From: Hyphochytrium catenoides
Lineage: Eukaryota; Protista; Hyphochytriomycota
Reading direction: 5' to 3'
DNA: 64,000 nucleotides
Assembly: GCA_900088475.1 (NCBI GenBank)
Contig: FLMG01000355.1
Coordinates: 124,001 to 188,000 of the forward strand
Shown: piece after piece, positions 1-11,279 of the stretch
Position numbering within the stretch: position 1 is the first letter of the stretch
Layout of the letters: every line of letters starts with the position of its first letter
Position numbers and translations under genes: made by a program
Notes under the pieces: model-generated
Told to the model about the DNA's origin: nothing
The model's input: only the letters and a program-made list of their open reading frames with translations
Database searches by the model: none

Positions 1-41
1 TCTGCTCTCGAAAGGTGATATGATGCAAAGGCTGCCTGCAG

Positions 42-221
42 AATCAAGCAAGTAGCCGTCCGATTGAAGCCCAAACGCTTGAAGACGCTGCAAAAGAGTC
101 CCAGGTACAGATCAAAGGGTAGCCTGGTGTTCCTCCGTCACCTGGCAAGAGCGAGCTGTCCGACCTAGCGGCGATAGCTGTCAGGGTTGAAGCAAAGCAA
201 CGGAAGCAAAGAAGCAAATGA
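42..221 (+). CDS. Possible last two exons of a gene entering from the left edge (basic C-terminus ...IKQVAVRLKPKRLKTLQKSPRVEAKQRKQRSK*)
   Basis: CAG acceptor at 41, exon 42-104, GT..CAG intron 105-184, phase-consistent exon 185-221 ending TGA. No family recognised. Confidence 0.3.
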
Positions 222-1388
222 CTGGAAGTTTAAGAAATCCCGAGAGATCCGTTTCCCTCTGCCCTTTCCCGTTTCTCTTAATGCTATAACTGGCATTAGA
301 GCAAAGACAGGGCGATGCATACCAAGCTCCAGAGGCCAAGAAATGTATTGAGCTTTGACCGAGCGGCGACCGATGAGCCGATGAGTAACCTGACGATGCG
401 GAGGAGGCCGCCGCGACAGTAATACTCAGTGGGATAGAGATCAGGCAAGGAGCGGAAGGTGATGAGAGGTAAGAAAGTAAGAAAGCGTGCAACCGCCAGC
501 CACGCGGTGGGACCTGTGACCTGTGGCGTCTTGAGCCCCTAGTTATACTTCTGCAGCTACCAAGAAATCCCTTTTGTGTCCTATCCTCATTCACACGGAC
601 GCAAAGCCAAGGCGCGGTGACTGTGTAACGATTGTGCATCGGACTGGCAAGTGTTGGTCACGGAACCTTCTTGCGGCTAAGAATAGTGATGAGAAAGAAG
701 CGAGAGGATAAGGACAACTTCCTCCTTCCGTCCAGAGTCCAGATGGTGTGAGCATCAATCACCCTGTCTGTTTATTAGCGGTAGAACAACTCGTACAATA
801 ATATATACAGCTGGGCGCTCAGCACGCAGCAGGTGGATTGAGCCAGTGCAGAGGCGCGAGGCGCCCACAAATTCACGTAATTCAAAGCTCATCCTCTGTC
901 TTGGACTATCAAAAAGGCTTATGGTCGGGTCACATGACTATGATTCTGCCTTGTAAGCAAGTATCAGTGTATAGCATCCGCGGGGCCAAGATGGATGGTC
1001 CTGTGATATTCGTATATTAAGGCTTTGAGGTGGAGAAAGTGTGAACCTCTTCCCTTCCCAGCTGGCGATGGTCTAGGACGGTGTGTGAAGCTGCTGAGTA
1101 AGGCTCCTTTAGGTCGAGGCCTCCATCATCAACAGTGGCACAATGCCTACTGCTGCTTGTCCTATTTACTCTGCCGTCTGGGTCTAGGCGAGGTAGATGA
1201 TAGCTGCAGGGAAACATCAAACACTTTGGACAGATCCCCAGCTGAAGGCCCTTCCCTATTACTATCAAGAGGGCGGTGTATTGCTGTAATACCCCAGATA
1301 TTACTATGTCAGCTGTAACGCCCTGTCTTGAGTTGGAAGGATCAACAACAGCCGAAGCCGGCGAAGTGGTCACTGTTCGTCCTCCTTC

Positions 1389-1392
<4 letters not shown>

Positions 1393-1427
<35 letters not shown>

Positions 1428-1472
1428 CTCTCGCTCTCTCGCTCTCTCTCTCTCTCGCTCTCTCGCTCTCTC
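1393..1472. repeat. (CT)n/(CTCG) microsatellite upstream of AOX
   Basis: Directly visible tctctctc... run interrupted by cg. It produces the spurious SL/RE-repeat ORFs. Confidence 0.95.
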
Positions 1473-1706
1473 TTACTCCCTCTGTCTCCTCTTTCCTCCT
1501 TGCCACCCACCTAAATTCAAAGAGCAATGTGAAGCTAGGAAGATGAAGAGTGTTGGGCATGCGAGGGGCAGCATAGCACTGAGCACATCAAAGGAAAGCT
1601 CCATGTACTCTCTCACTCATTATTGGAGTTTCCACCTCTAGGATATACTGACTAAAGAACTATCGAACCCTCGACCAGAAGCCCACCGCTCTCAAGCACC
1701 TTCAAG

Positions 1707-2789
1707 ATGATGTTCCGGGTTGCACTCCGACCTGTGTCAGCCAACCTTGGCAGCTTCAAGGCAGGAGCAAGAAGCTTCGCTACCATCCATGGACGGCAGG
1801 CTTCTCTTCTAAACCATAAGGCTCCATGGATCATTCAGGGGTCGTCTGAGATGTTCCAGGCTACTCTGTTGGGAAAGAGTCCTTTGAGGAGCGCCTCTGG
1901 AACTGTTCCTTTCCGATGCATCAGCACCGGCAGCAAGAAGTCAAGCACTGTCTCTGTCTCTGCAGACGCAGCAGCGAGCCACGACCATGAGCAAGATATG
2001 ACCCAGAGAAAGTACTATTGGATCACAGCGGAAGCTGAGCAGCTCATTGCCAAGGCTTACGCACGACATCGCGCACTGGCGGACAAAGCCGAAGCCTTCC
2101 CTCCTGCCCTGAATGTTAAGGACCTTGAAAGGCTTGAAGAGCCCTTTCATTACGTGCCTAAGGACTGGGTGGACAGAGTTGTCTACAAGAGCATGCGGTT
2201 TATGAGAATTTTCACTCATTTGTTCTTCAAGGAGAAGTATGACCATCACGCTGTTGTCCTAGAGACTGTCGCAGCAGTTCCGGGTATTGTGGCTGGTGCC
2301 GCACGCCATCTTCGCTCCCTGCGTAACATGGAGAGAGACAACGGATGGATCAACCCCCTGCAGGAGGAGGCCGAGAATGAAAGGATGCACCTTCTTATCT
2401 GGATGCAGGTGACCCAACCGACAAGGCTGGAGCGAGGCCTCGTCATCCTTGCGCAAGGCGTCTACCTTCACTTCTATATTCTTTTCTACCTCCTCTCTCC
2501 TAGAGGAGCTCACCGCTTCGTGGGCTATCTTGAGGAAGAGGCCCACGCTGCGTACACGGACTATCTGAAGAGCATCGATAGCGGGAAAATCCCCAACAAG
2601 CCCGCTCCTATGATTGCCAAGAAGTATTATCGCCTCCCTGATGATGCCACCATCCGTGACGTGGTCCTACACGTCCGGGCAGATGAGTGTATGCACAGAG
2701 ACTTCAACCACATGCTGAGCGACAAGCTGGTGCGCAAGGAGGGCGGCTCTGAGCCTCACTTCATGGCAGGGAGAAATCCTTCCCTCTGA
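1707..2789 (+). CDS. AOX: Mitochondrial alternative oxidase (ubiquinol oxidase), intronless
   Basis: Di-iron motifs LETVAAVPG, EAENERMHL, HRFVGYLEEEA, RADECMHRDFNH. The N-terminus is Arg/Ser/Ala-rich, like a mitochondrial presequence. Confidence 0.97.
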   Translation: MMFRVALRPVSANLGSFKAGARSFATIHGRQASLLNHKAPWIIQGSSEMFQATLLGKSPLRSASGTVPFRCISTGSKKSSTVSVSADAAASHDHEQDMTQRKYYWITAEAEQLIAKAYARHRALADKAEAFPPALNVKDLERLEEPFHYVPKDWVDRVVYKSMRFMRIFTHLFFKEKYDHHAVVLETVAAVPGIVAGAARHLRSLRNMERDNGWINPLQEEAENERMHLLIWMQVTQPTRLERGLVILAQGVYLHFYILFYLLSPRGAHRFVGYLEEEAHAAYTDYLKSIDSGKIPNKPAPMIAKKYYRLPDDATIRDVVLHVRADECMHRDFNHMLSDKLVRKEGGSEPHFMAGRNPSL

Positions 2790-3863
2790 GCGTGAATTGA
2801 CAATAGTTATTCTACTTAGTTTCCATAGCTTCCTCTACCCCAAGGTTTCTCCCAATAGAGTGATGACTCTAATCGCTACCTTCTTCCCCATCCTTAAGTT
2901 AACTCATAAATTAATCTGCGCCTTGGTGGCGCCACCTCTTTCCCTATGATGCCGCGCTACTTCCAAATTCTTCGGCCTTTGGCACCCAGCAACAGGCTGT
3001 GCACGATACGATGTCAATATTTCAGTCACTTCGTGCCCGCTGTCTCCCTGTTGGACTAACATAAGAACACCCGAAGAGAAGGGATCCGTCGCCATTTCTT
3101 CAGAGTGTACGGCCAGGAACAAGTGGCTCAACTGTCAGACGTTGTACCCGCCGAGTAAGCGCCGTTCATTACAGCTCTCAGTCAGAGATTTGCGGATTGC
3201 CAGAGACCCCGTTGCATTTTTAGAGCTTCAGCAGACTTAAAATGAGCCTCGAATCTAAAGTGACGACCAAGATTCGAATGCATGGTGCAAGCCAATCTCT
3301 CTTCTTATGAGACGTTGATTAACAAACAACCGCCTTGAGGCCTCCTCTGCTCTCTCTGAACTTCTAAGAACCAGAGGTCTCGTGGACTTCCATTCCCTGT
3401 CCTTCTCCTTCGCACCCGACCTCTACTGAGACGCCACCATAATCTCTGATAACCCTTCTTCATTGATGTGGGACCAGAGGATGCTCTCTACAGCGCCTTT
3501 GTTGATCAAGTGGCTTTGGGCTATTGAGCGTCGTGCTGCCTTTCTGCAAGTGCGGTCTCTGTCAATCTGTATATCTCTGACTGAAAGCAGTTATTTCATA
3601 GCCTTCCAGCGAACCGACCGCAGCTGTTGGGGTGGTTTCTGTCTGATTCTAGAGCCGGTAACGCAGTCGAGAGGCTGCAACAAGATAAAAGCAATGATTG
3701 ATGAACAGGCATCCTTGTCAATACTTCTAGGTTCCAGCCCTCTAAAAGTGTGAAGACCTTGCCCCGCCCAGGGTCACTTTGTTGGGGAGCTCGATAGGGA
3801 GAAGAAAGTCTGTCTCTGCGCCGCCCATTGTTACATTGTTCGGTCGCTGGACAGAGAGAAGAA

Positions 3864-5078
3864 ATGTCTGCACAGCGATATCAGGGAAGGAATAGAAGGC
3901 GAGAAGGATACACGCCACCGGAGGAAGTTCAGCGCTATGTCCCTCCTGGAGCAAGGGCACGAACAGATAGACAGGAGAGGCATGGCCCTGAAGTACCTCT
4001 CCAGAAGAAAGAGTCAATGGCCAGAAGGGAGAAAAGGATGGACGATGATCACCGCCAGTTATACCGACGGCGGAGCCCTGAACCCAGCCGCGGAAAGCGA
4101 AGTCTGGAGACATTGCTCCGTACGCGAAGAAGAAGGAGTGACTTTAGTACGGGGGAAAACGCAAATGATGATGACCGTCTGACCTACGAACTCGCGCTTG
4201 AACTGCTGCAGCCAGAAGGTGAAGCACCGGAACGCGACAGTCGACTGCTCGCGTGGATGGAGAAGTTTCCTTCTCATGAGCTCCTATTCCTTTCCCGCTG
4301 TCCTCAACTTAGATCTTCCACTAAGGTCCGTTCAGTCCTGTACACAATAGAGCTTAGATGGAGCCATGAGGAAGATGAGGATGCGATCGAGGAGGATTGG
4401 CTGACGGAGTTAACTCTTCTTGTGATGGAATGGCTGAAAGGCTGCCCTGTACCGCAGTGGTTGCCGCAGCTTAAGTTCCCAGAGACGCTGTCAAAAGCTC
4501 AGCGACGAGCTGTCCATCAAGCAGCAGAGCGGCATCAAATACGCTCTGAAAGCTCTGGGATAGAAGGCCATCGGCGCATAGCGGTATATTTAGAGGATAG
4601 GGGTAAATCTCAGCCCCCTACTCCAGGGAGTTTGACGAGGATAGAAAAGGAAGTACAAATAATATGGGACGCTATTCAAGACGATGGTCGGGAGTGCTTA
4701 CTCGAGTTCAGTCGAGGAGGACTTAAGGAGCTGATAGAGAAGAAGCTGCCCCTCCCTCCTGAGCTGCAACGAGCCGTGGACAACTACAAAAGGAAGAAGG
4801 GCATAGATCGAACCTTCTTCCAGGCCTGTAGAAAGGGGAATCTGGATGAGGTCAGCTCACTTATTACGGCCAAGCGGGCATTGCTTTGGGCGCGAGAAGA
4901 GTCTTCAGGCGATATGGCAGTCCACCTAGCATGCAAGTTGCAGAATCCTCAGCTTCTCCAACTATTGCTTGCTGCTGGCACAGATACCAAGCTTTGTGAC
5001 CGACGGCTAAAGAAGACCCCGCATGAGATCTGTGTCTTTAAGGGATTCAAAGAAGGCTTAGATCTATTATGTGGATAG
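3864..5078 (+). CDS. R3H-domain plus ankyrin-repeat protein, intronless
   Basis: R3H motif LKFPETLSKAQRRAVHQAAERHQIRSESSGIEGHRRI. C-terminal ankyrin repeats (FFQACRKGNLDEV, GDMAVHLACK, KTPHEIC). First ATG is at 3864; the ORF track start is a TTG. Confidence 0.8.
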   Translation: MSAQRYQGRNRRREGYTPPEEVQRYVPPGARARTDRQERHGPEVPLQKKESMARREKRMDDDHRQLYRRRSPEPSRGKRSLETLLRTRRRRSDFSTGENANDDDRLTYELALELLQPEGEAPERDSRLLAWMEKFPSHELLFLSRCPQLRSSTKVRSVLYTIELRWSHEEDEDAIEEDWLTELTLLVMEWLKGCPVPQWLPQLKFPETLSKAQRRAVHQAAERHQIRSESSGIEGHRRIAVYLEDRGKSQPPTPGSLTRIEKEVQIIWDAIQDDGRECLLEFSRGGLKELIEKKLPLPPELQRAVDNYKRKKGIDRTFFQACRKGNLDEVSSLITAKRALLWAREESSGDMAVHLACKLQNPQLLQLLLAAGTDTKLCDRRLKKTPHEICVFKGFKEGLDLLCG

Positions 5079-5895
5079 TCATTGGGTTGATCTTTCATCT
5101 TTCCATCTGTGAGTTCATTGGGCTGTTATAAAGAATGAATATCTAGGCATCGGCCAGGAGCAATGCAGCAGCACAATAAGTAGTTCAGTACTCTCAAGAA
5201 GGTGATTATTTATTGTCTCGCTATGTCCATCGAGTCCCCAGATACATTCAAGCATGAGAACCCTATCAAAGTCGGTCAGCCTTCAGGAGCCTAGTACAAC
5301 CGAAAGAGCACGGTTAGATATTGATACAGCAAAGGCGATCCAAGAGATCGAGGAAATTATAGAGTCAACACCGATGTTAAAAAGGGCAAAAGGGCAAACG
5401 GGCAGGGGAGCTGTCGTCTCAGTAGGATCAATTGGAATATTAGCAAGTTGTTCATCAACGTGAATCAGAGACTTTTCTTCCTCATTGACAAAGCAAGCTC
5501 CCGCTCCACACCAAGCATAATAAGCAGAAAAGGAGGTACCTCCTTACGACAAAAGACTATTCCTCTACCTGGTATCGGATCCGCTGCTCCGTTCCCTTGA
5601 TAGAAGAAGAACCCTACCACGGTTTGAGTCACACCGAGGTAAGAAGTGGTCAGACGCAAACTGATGAAAACCAAGTGAGCGACGGTCATGTGGTGCTGCT
5701 AAGAAGCCACTTTATATTCAAGCTACTCAACAATGAGTGAGGGCCCAGCTGGCGCTGTAGAAAGCTCCGCTGGATGGTGAGCATGAGAGGCTGGCAATAC
5801 TCTTCCAAGAAGCAAAGCACTGCCACTGCTGTCGGGGCTGAAAGATCCACACTCGTCGTAGCCTCAGCCTCACCGCCGCTTCATCCTCTTCTCTT

Positions 5896-5937
5896 AGAAG
5901 GGCTGGTCTGGAAAGCAGAAGGGCTGGTCTGGAAAGG
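5896..5937. repeat. Short tandem duplication (agaagggctggtctggaaag x2)
   Basis: Two adjacent identical 20-nt copies separated by one base. Confidence 0.85.
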
Positions 5938-6734
5938 AGGAACGGGTTGATGGACAGGATGCACGGGTGGTGGACATCAAAGTACTACACTCTCAAGGAA
6001 GCACAGCAGTTAACAACAACACCGCACAATAGATAAATGCCGCTACGACCCTCTACCTCTACACAAAACAGTAGTACAGCAGTGCCGTGTACCCTCCTTC
6101 CCTTCGTTGGTAGTTCGACCAATAGTACTACTTTCTACAATGATACTGTATAAGGATGAGAGCTGCAGTCACCGGCTGTACTCTCGGAGGGCTATACCTT
6201 AGAGAAGAACTATGACGATCATGAGGGAGAGTGAGAAGGACGGACCTGCATGTGGAGGCGGTGGAGCCCAGCCGACGCTGAGGGATAGGCCAGTTCTATA
6301 GTTCTATTTACATTTTCTTGCCATGCTTGTCAGTAGGACGACTTCATGACTTCATGAAGATAACGGCCGATGAGGATGAGTGCATCATTAGCAATAGCAG
6401 GCGCTTATTAGCAGCCACGTCTTCCTCATCACATCTACCCCATTCTCATCGGCACAGTCGTCGTTGACGGGAAGAGCATAACAATGAGCGCTACTGACAA
6501 CAACTCTCAAAGGAGTTGGGACATTGGCGTCAAGATTGCGATGGAAGGAGGATCATTGTTAAAGGACAACAACGAGTAGTCTCGCTCAAACATAAAGTAA
6601 CTCTTAGACATCAACAACACAGCAGCATGATGGTAAACCCCCAAAAGATGACACGGTAAACACAGAAAGGCAGTGGCAGCTCCTTTGACGGAGAGGCTCT
6701 CGCATCATAGATAGACTCTGCCATCAAGTACTCT

Positions 6735-7931
6735 TTAGAGAGGAGGTGTAGCCCTCTCCACCAAACCCAAGAAATACTCGTGATTCCATTCTCCAGCTTC
6801 TGGTGCCGGGATGAAGCTATCGGGGGACCCACAGTGAAAGTCAAACCGGCTGGCAGTGCGATCAGAAGTGCCGTCAGACTCTCCAGGGATCTTGACCCAG
6901 ACATAAGCATCGATAAGGGGGTGAGGACTTGATGTCGGGCGTAGACCGAGTCCAGCGCCTTTGATGTTGCACCATTCCTGTAGCTTCTTGTTCTGAACAG
7001 GGAGGACGCGAGTGCGGCTCGTGTCAACAATGAACCTCATTCCGGTTAGACCGACAGCATCCATAGACTCCTTCAGCAGCTCGACATAGGCAGTTTCGTT
7101 CCACGCAGGGTTCCAATCTATTGGATAAGGAGGCTGGTCGTTGGTGAACGTAGTGACGCTGTTGTAGTTCGCAACATTAGTGGCGAACCCTCTGATGGTC
7201 TGGGTGCCGCCTGCCTTAGCAAGCAGCTCCGCGACCATCTGGGCAAAAGCAGAACGGTTCTCGGGCCATCCAAGCCATCCCTCGTGGGCGGCATCGAGGT
7301 AGAGCGTGACCTGAGGTAAGGCGGATAGCTGCTGCAGAGCGTATACAATGCCCTCTTTATAGGCAGGACTCGCCTCAGCGCACTTTGGGGTTCCCAAGTT
7401 AGTGATAAGGTTGGGCAGGGAATCGGGCTCAACTATCCCGGCAATTGAGATGTCCGGATAGTTTGAGAGCTCCTTGACAATGACGTCGATGTATTCCTTT
7501 TTGTACCTCGCTAAGCCATCCTTGCCCACTTGGAGCTCCCCGTTAGATGCTGCAGCGGCGCAATCACGGTTGGGAAGGTCGTAGACCACAAGCGTCACCA
7601 CCACTGGTTTATCGGCGGCTTCTTGTTGTCTTCGAGCTTCCTCTAAATACCCCTTAAGCCTACCAATAGCGGCAATGTTATCCAACCACACTGCCACAGG
7701 ATTGTTTTTGACCTTGTTGAGGGCTGCAGCCTGCGCTGGAGCCCTTGCAATAGAACCTTCAACGTGACTGACGAAGCGAGGGTTAATGTACTGGTTTTTG
7801 CCAGTAAAAGGGTTGACTGGCACTGTTGCTGTTGTGCGACGAAGTGTATTGTCAGCTTGTCCGGCTTCAGGGTGCAAGGCCAATCCCGCCAGAAGGACGA
7901 CGGCCGAAAGGAAGCTCGCGAGGCAGGTCAT
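6735..7931 (-). CDS. Secreted glycoside hydrolase family 6 (cellobiohydrolase II-type cellulase), catalytic domain only, intronless
   Basis: Signal peptide MTCLASFLSAVVLLAGLAL. GH6 motifs YDLPNRDCAA, EPDSL (catalytic Asp), WLGW, NVANY, VDTSR, WCN, DAYVWVKIPGESDG, APEAGEW. Confidence 0.95.
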   Translation of the reverse strand: MTCLASFLSAVVLLAGLALHPEAGQADNTLRRTTATVPVNPFTGKNQYINPRFVSHVEGSIARAPAQAAALNKVKNNPVAVWLDNIAAIGRLKGYLEEARRQQEAADKPVVVTLVVYDLPNRDCAAAASNGELQVGKDGLARYKKEYIDVIVKELSNYPDISIAGIVEPDSLPNLITNLGTPKCAEASPAYKEGIVYALQQLSALPQVTLYLDAAHEGWLGWPENRSAFAQMVAELLAKAGGTQTIRGFATNVANYNSVTTFTNDQPPYPIDWNPAWNETAYVELLKESMDAVGLTGMRFIVDTSRTRVLPVQNKKLQEWCNIKGAGLGLRPTSSPHPLIDAYVWVKIPGESDGTSDRTASRFDFHCGSPDSFIPAPEAGEWNHEYFLGLVERATPPL

Positions 7932-10900
7932 GATGTATTCTCTTGCCAGGAAGTTGGCAATTCAGTGGTGGAGCTTACACTTCAAAGATGATGCAGGGCG
8001 TCTCCAAGTAGTTATATGGACCTTGTCGGTACGCTTGTTATCCTTGAGCTGTGAGACAGCGGGAAGATTGCAAACTAATCAAGAGGAGAGTGTGGCTGTT
8101 GGACAACTAGCTTTAGAGCTCCATCCAGCTATCTCATAATAAGGACAGCACACAAGTGCTACATTCATGGTACTGACAGCTAGTAGCGAGCTAGAAGAAA
8201 CTCCTCTCTCCAGCTCTTCCTGCATGTATGACAACTCCACCTCGTTTTCTCTATGGCTCTCACCCCGTGCAGCGGGAACTGGCATAAGAGATCAGAGGAA
8301 GGAAAAAGCGTTTGGTCTCTGCTCGAAAGAGAATCGCCGTCGTAACATGATGTCGCTGGCTAGCTCCATTGCTAGCAAATCCAGTTGGGAACAGATCAAG
8401 AAAAACGCTGGCGTCACTGCCAACGATCCCTTGCACGTACTGCCATCACTAACATAACGATCCATGTCTTTCTTCTCTTGCCCTCTTAACTTATTGGTAC
8501 AATCATGTCTTAGCCTTTCATGCAGTCTTCTTGCCCGTGACACAGTCCCTTCCTGTAAGGCAATATAAAGGTGTAACTATAAATCGTTAGAAAAAGGAGC
8601 TAAAGAACCAGGCATGATCGGGGAAGTTCGATGCCGCCGCGCAGAGAGACCACCTGACATGCCGCGCCTAAGCTCTATCTTCTCGCCGTTGGGCGTCAAA
8701 TGTTACCAATGTCACTCTTAATATATTGTTATTAGGGCCTTGAGCACACAAGCGCGGTAGCGCAGCACCAAACAAAAAAGTATTAACAGTCCGGAGGAAC
8801 CGACGAGGTGTGAGAGAGAGAGTGAGAACGTAGGCCCACGTCCTCCATTGTCGCTAGCTTGATACCTGCTTTTGCATCAGTCTTCGACGTCAAGTTCAAT
8901 ATAAAAGATCCAGGAGAGGCATTCGTCGATGAGTCTCAGCGGTCAACTTATCCTCTATATCTTGCTGTGGCTGTGTAGTCTTGCTCGTTGAGCGCTTCCA
9001 CTAATCCTGCCTCTCATTCTCCGATCTAGCAAGACCACCATCTGCTAACCAGCAAGACCATCACGTCGCAGGAGGAAGAATGAGGCCAAGACTGTGGTCA
9101 TGGAGTGGTCAGTGCTGCTTGATACATTCCCCAGGCATAAGAACGCTCCTCGCCTGTCAACGGGTGGACCAAGCTGAAAAAAGTTGATAACATACCCTGG
9201 ACACATCAACATTATATCCCTATTATTGGTTGTTGATCAAGATATCGCTAGTTTAAGGGAAAGATGAATGTCAATGGATCAGGTCGGTCGATGGATGGGA
9301 AAGGTGAACTGCAAGTCATGCCAAACCTCTGCCCCAGGAACAAAAGGGCACAGACTTTCACTAAAAGGCATAAGAGAGAGAGAGCGCAAGGCGCGGATAA
9401 GGAGTCAAGGAAGAAGGAAGGAAGAGAACGAGGAGGAGGAGCGACAGTAATGAGAGGAGGAAGAGAGAGGCCTCGGGAAGACCAAGGATGATAAGAATGA
9501 ACGATAACTTGATGACAGCAGAGAACAGGACAGCAAGGAGAGAGAAGCAGGCGAGAGAGGGAGAAGAAAAGAGAGCCAGAAGAGGAGGCAGCGAGACAGC
9601 TAGCGAGACACGGACAGCTTGGTGGTAGAACTACTGCACCAAGAAGAGAAGAAAAGGAAGAAGAGAGTCGTGCTATCATAGAGCTTGCCCTCTCCACTAC
9701 GATGATGGGTCAGACAGGTCATAGGACGCTGTGCGCATGATGGCGACGGACAGTGGCAGGAGACTCTGACCGGCCAAAACTCCTTATCTTTTAACACAGA
9801 GTCTGCGTGCCAGGACCAAATCTTAGTCAGAAGGATAAAAAGATCCACCAGCCTAGACTTGGGAGTCCAACCCCTTGACACACCTCGTACGGTTGGATAG
9901 GCACATCCCATTGTAAGGATACTAATGACCCTGTGCCAATCGCCACGAGGTGTGTCACCTTCCGCCCAGTTCAACGTCCAAATGACCTCGGAAGGCTGAT
10001 GGAGGAATGGGACAGGTTCAGTCTGCAGCGACCTACACTTTTTATACTGCTAATGCTGGAAAGGGAAGGGAAGCTTGACCAGCAGCAGGAAGTAGATCGA
10101 TGATGAGGCCAGCAATGCTATATGCTTTCTATAGAAAGTGCGAGCAGGAGAGAGGAGAAGACGGCGTGCACGTTTACTGAGGGCTTAGCAAGCTTTGGTC
10201 CTTTGGCAGGTGCCCTTTCCCCTCTGGTTGCTTCCACTAACCACGAGGGTCCATCACCTTCATGTGGTTCAGACACTGCTGCTCTTCGCCTTTGTCGTCT
10301 CCCATCATCACACCATGAAAGAAGCAGAATACCTTTTGGACTCTTCTCCTCTTCACCTTGCCTTTATCCATCCTGTGGGGTGGAAAGGGAAACAATGGCA
10401 GCACCGCCACTCTCTCCGTCAGACAACGGAACATCAGCGCTACTGCCCTAGTGCCCGCAGCATATGCTGCCACCATATCTTAGAGCTAGCGACAGGAGAT
10501 CTAGTCTCACGTATTCTACCTTTGGCCTCCACCACGGCCCTAGGAATCCAATAGCGATCCAGTGAAATCCAGCGGAAAGGTGGCTGTCATTGCTCTACTT
10601 TCTCACCCCGACCAACCTCATAATTTTAGACCTCTCCAGAAGAAGGAAGTGAGTGCGGGACTCTGGAGGGCAAGGGAAGGACTAGACGACTGTCGACCAG
10701 CGATGAAGTTCAACGGAGGGCCAAAGATTCGTGAGTTGAACAGAGTCTGGGCATCTTTAGCTTCAACTTGCCCAGCTCCCGAAGCCTGCTGCTGAACTTC
10801 GCTAGGCTGGGCTTGCCACGAGGTCAGCCAAGGCCAGCAGGTGCCTCAAGGAAGACCGCTACGATTGCCAGTCGTCCCGCTCTCCTGAAAATCTTTCACA

Positions 10901-11279
10901 TTGCTCTACATTTCGGCAAATACAGCCTCGTTTTGCACCTTCAACGCCTTTGTCTGTTAAATGGGCGAAGGTAGTGGGGATAAGCAGCTCAGACGCAGCT
11001 AGAGCAAGAAAGATTCTTCCTTGAACATCACCAAATACCCTTGAGGGTCAGCTTGATGCCCCCCCCTATCTCTGGCGCCCTCTATCGCTTTCTCTCTCTT
11101 CTACTTTCGCTGTTCAGCCATATCTGTTCTCTCTTGGCCTCGTGAGTGCTGATCGTGGTCATATTTATACTTCATTCTTCAATCTTCCAGCTCAGGACCA
11201 GGGGCGGCTTATCATCGACCAGCACCTCAGAGTGGCAGCCAACCTCTCTTTAACCTCAGCATTACATCGAGCCGGCAGT

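Noticed and set aside
1276-1641. ORFs with SLSLSL or RERERE runs
   Set aside because: Translations of the CT microsatellite.
5254-5760. Possible small spliced minus-strand gene
   Set aside because: No consistent start/exon chain or recognisable motif could be built.
9248-9697. Purine-rich tract with ORFs on both strands
   Set aside because: Low-complexity GA-rich intergenic sequence with no recognisable protein or repeat unit.
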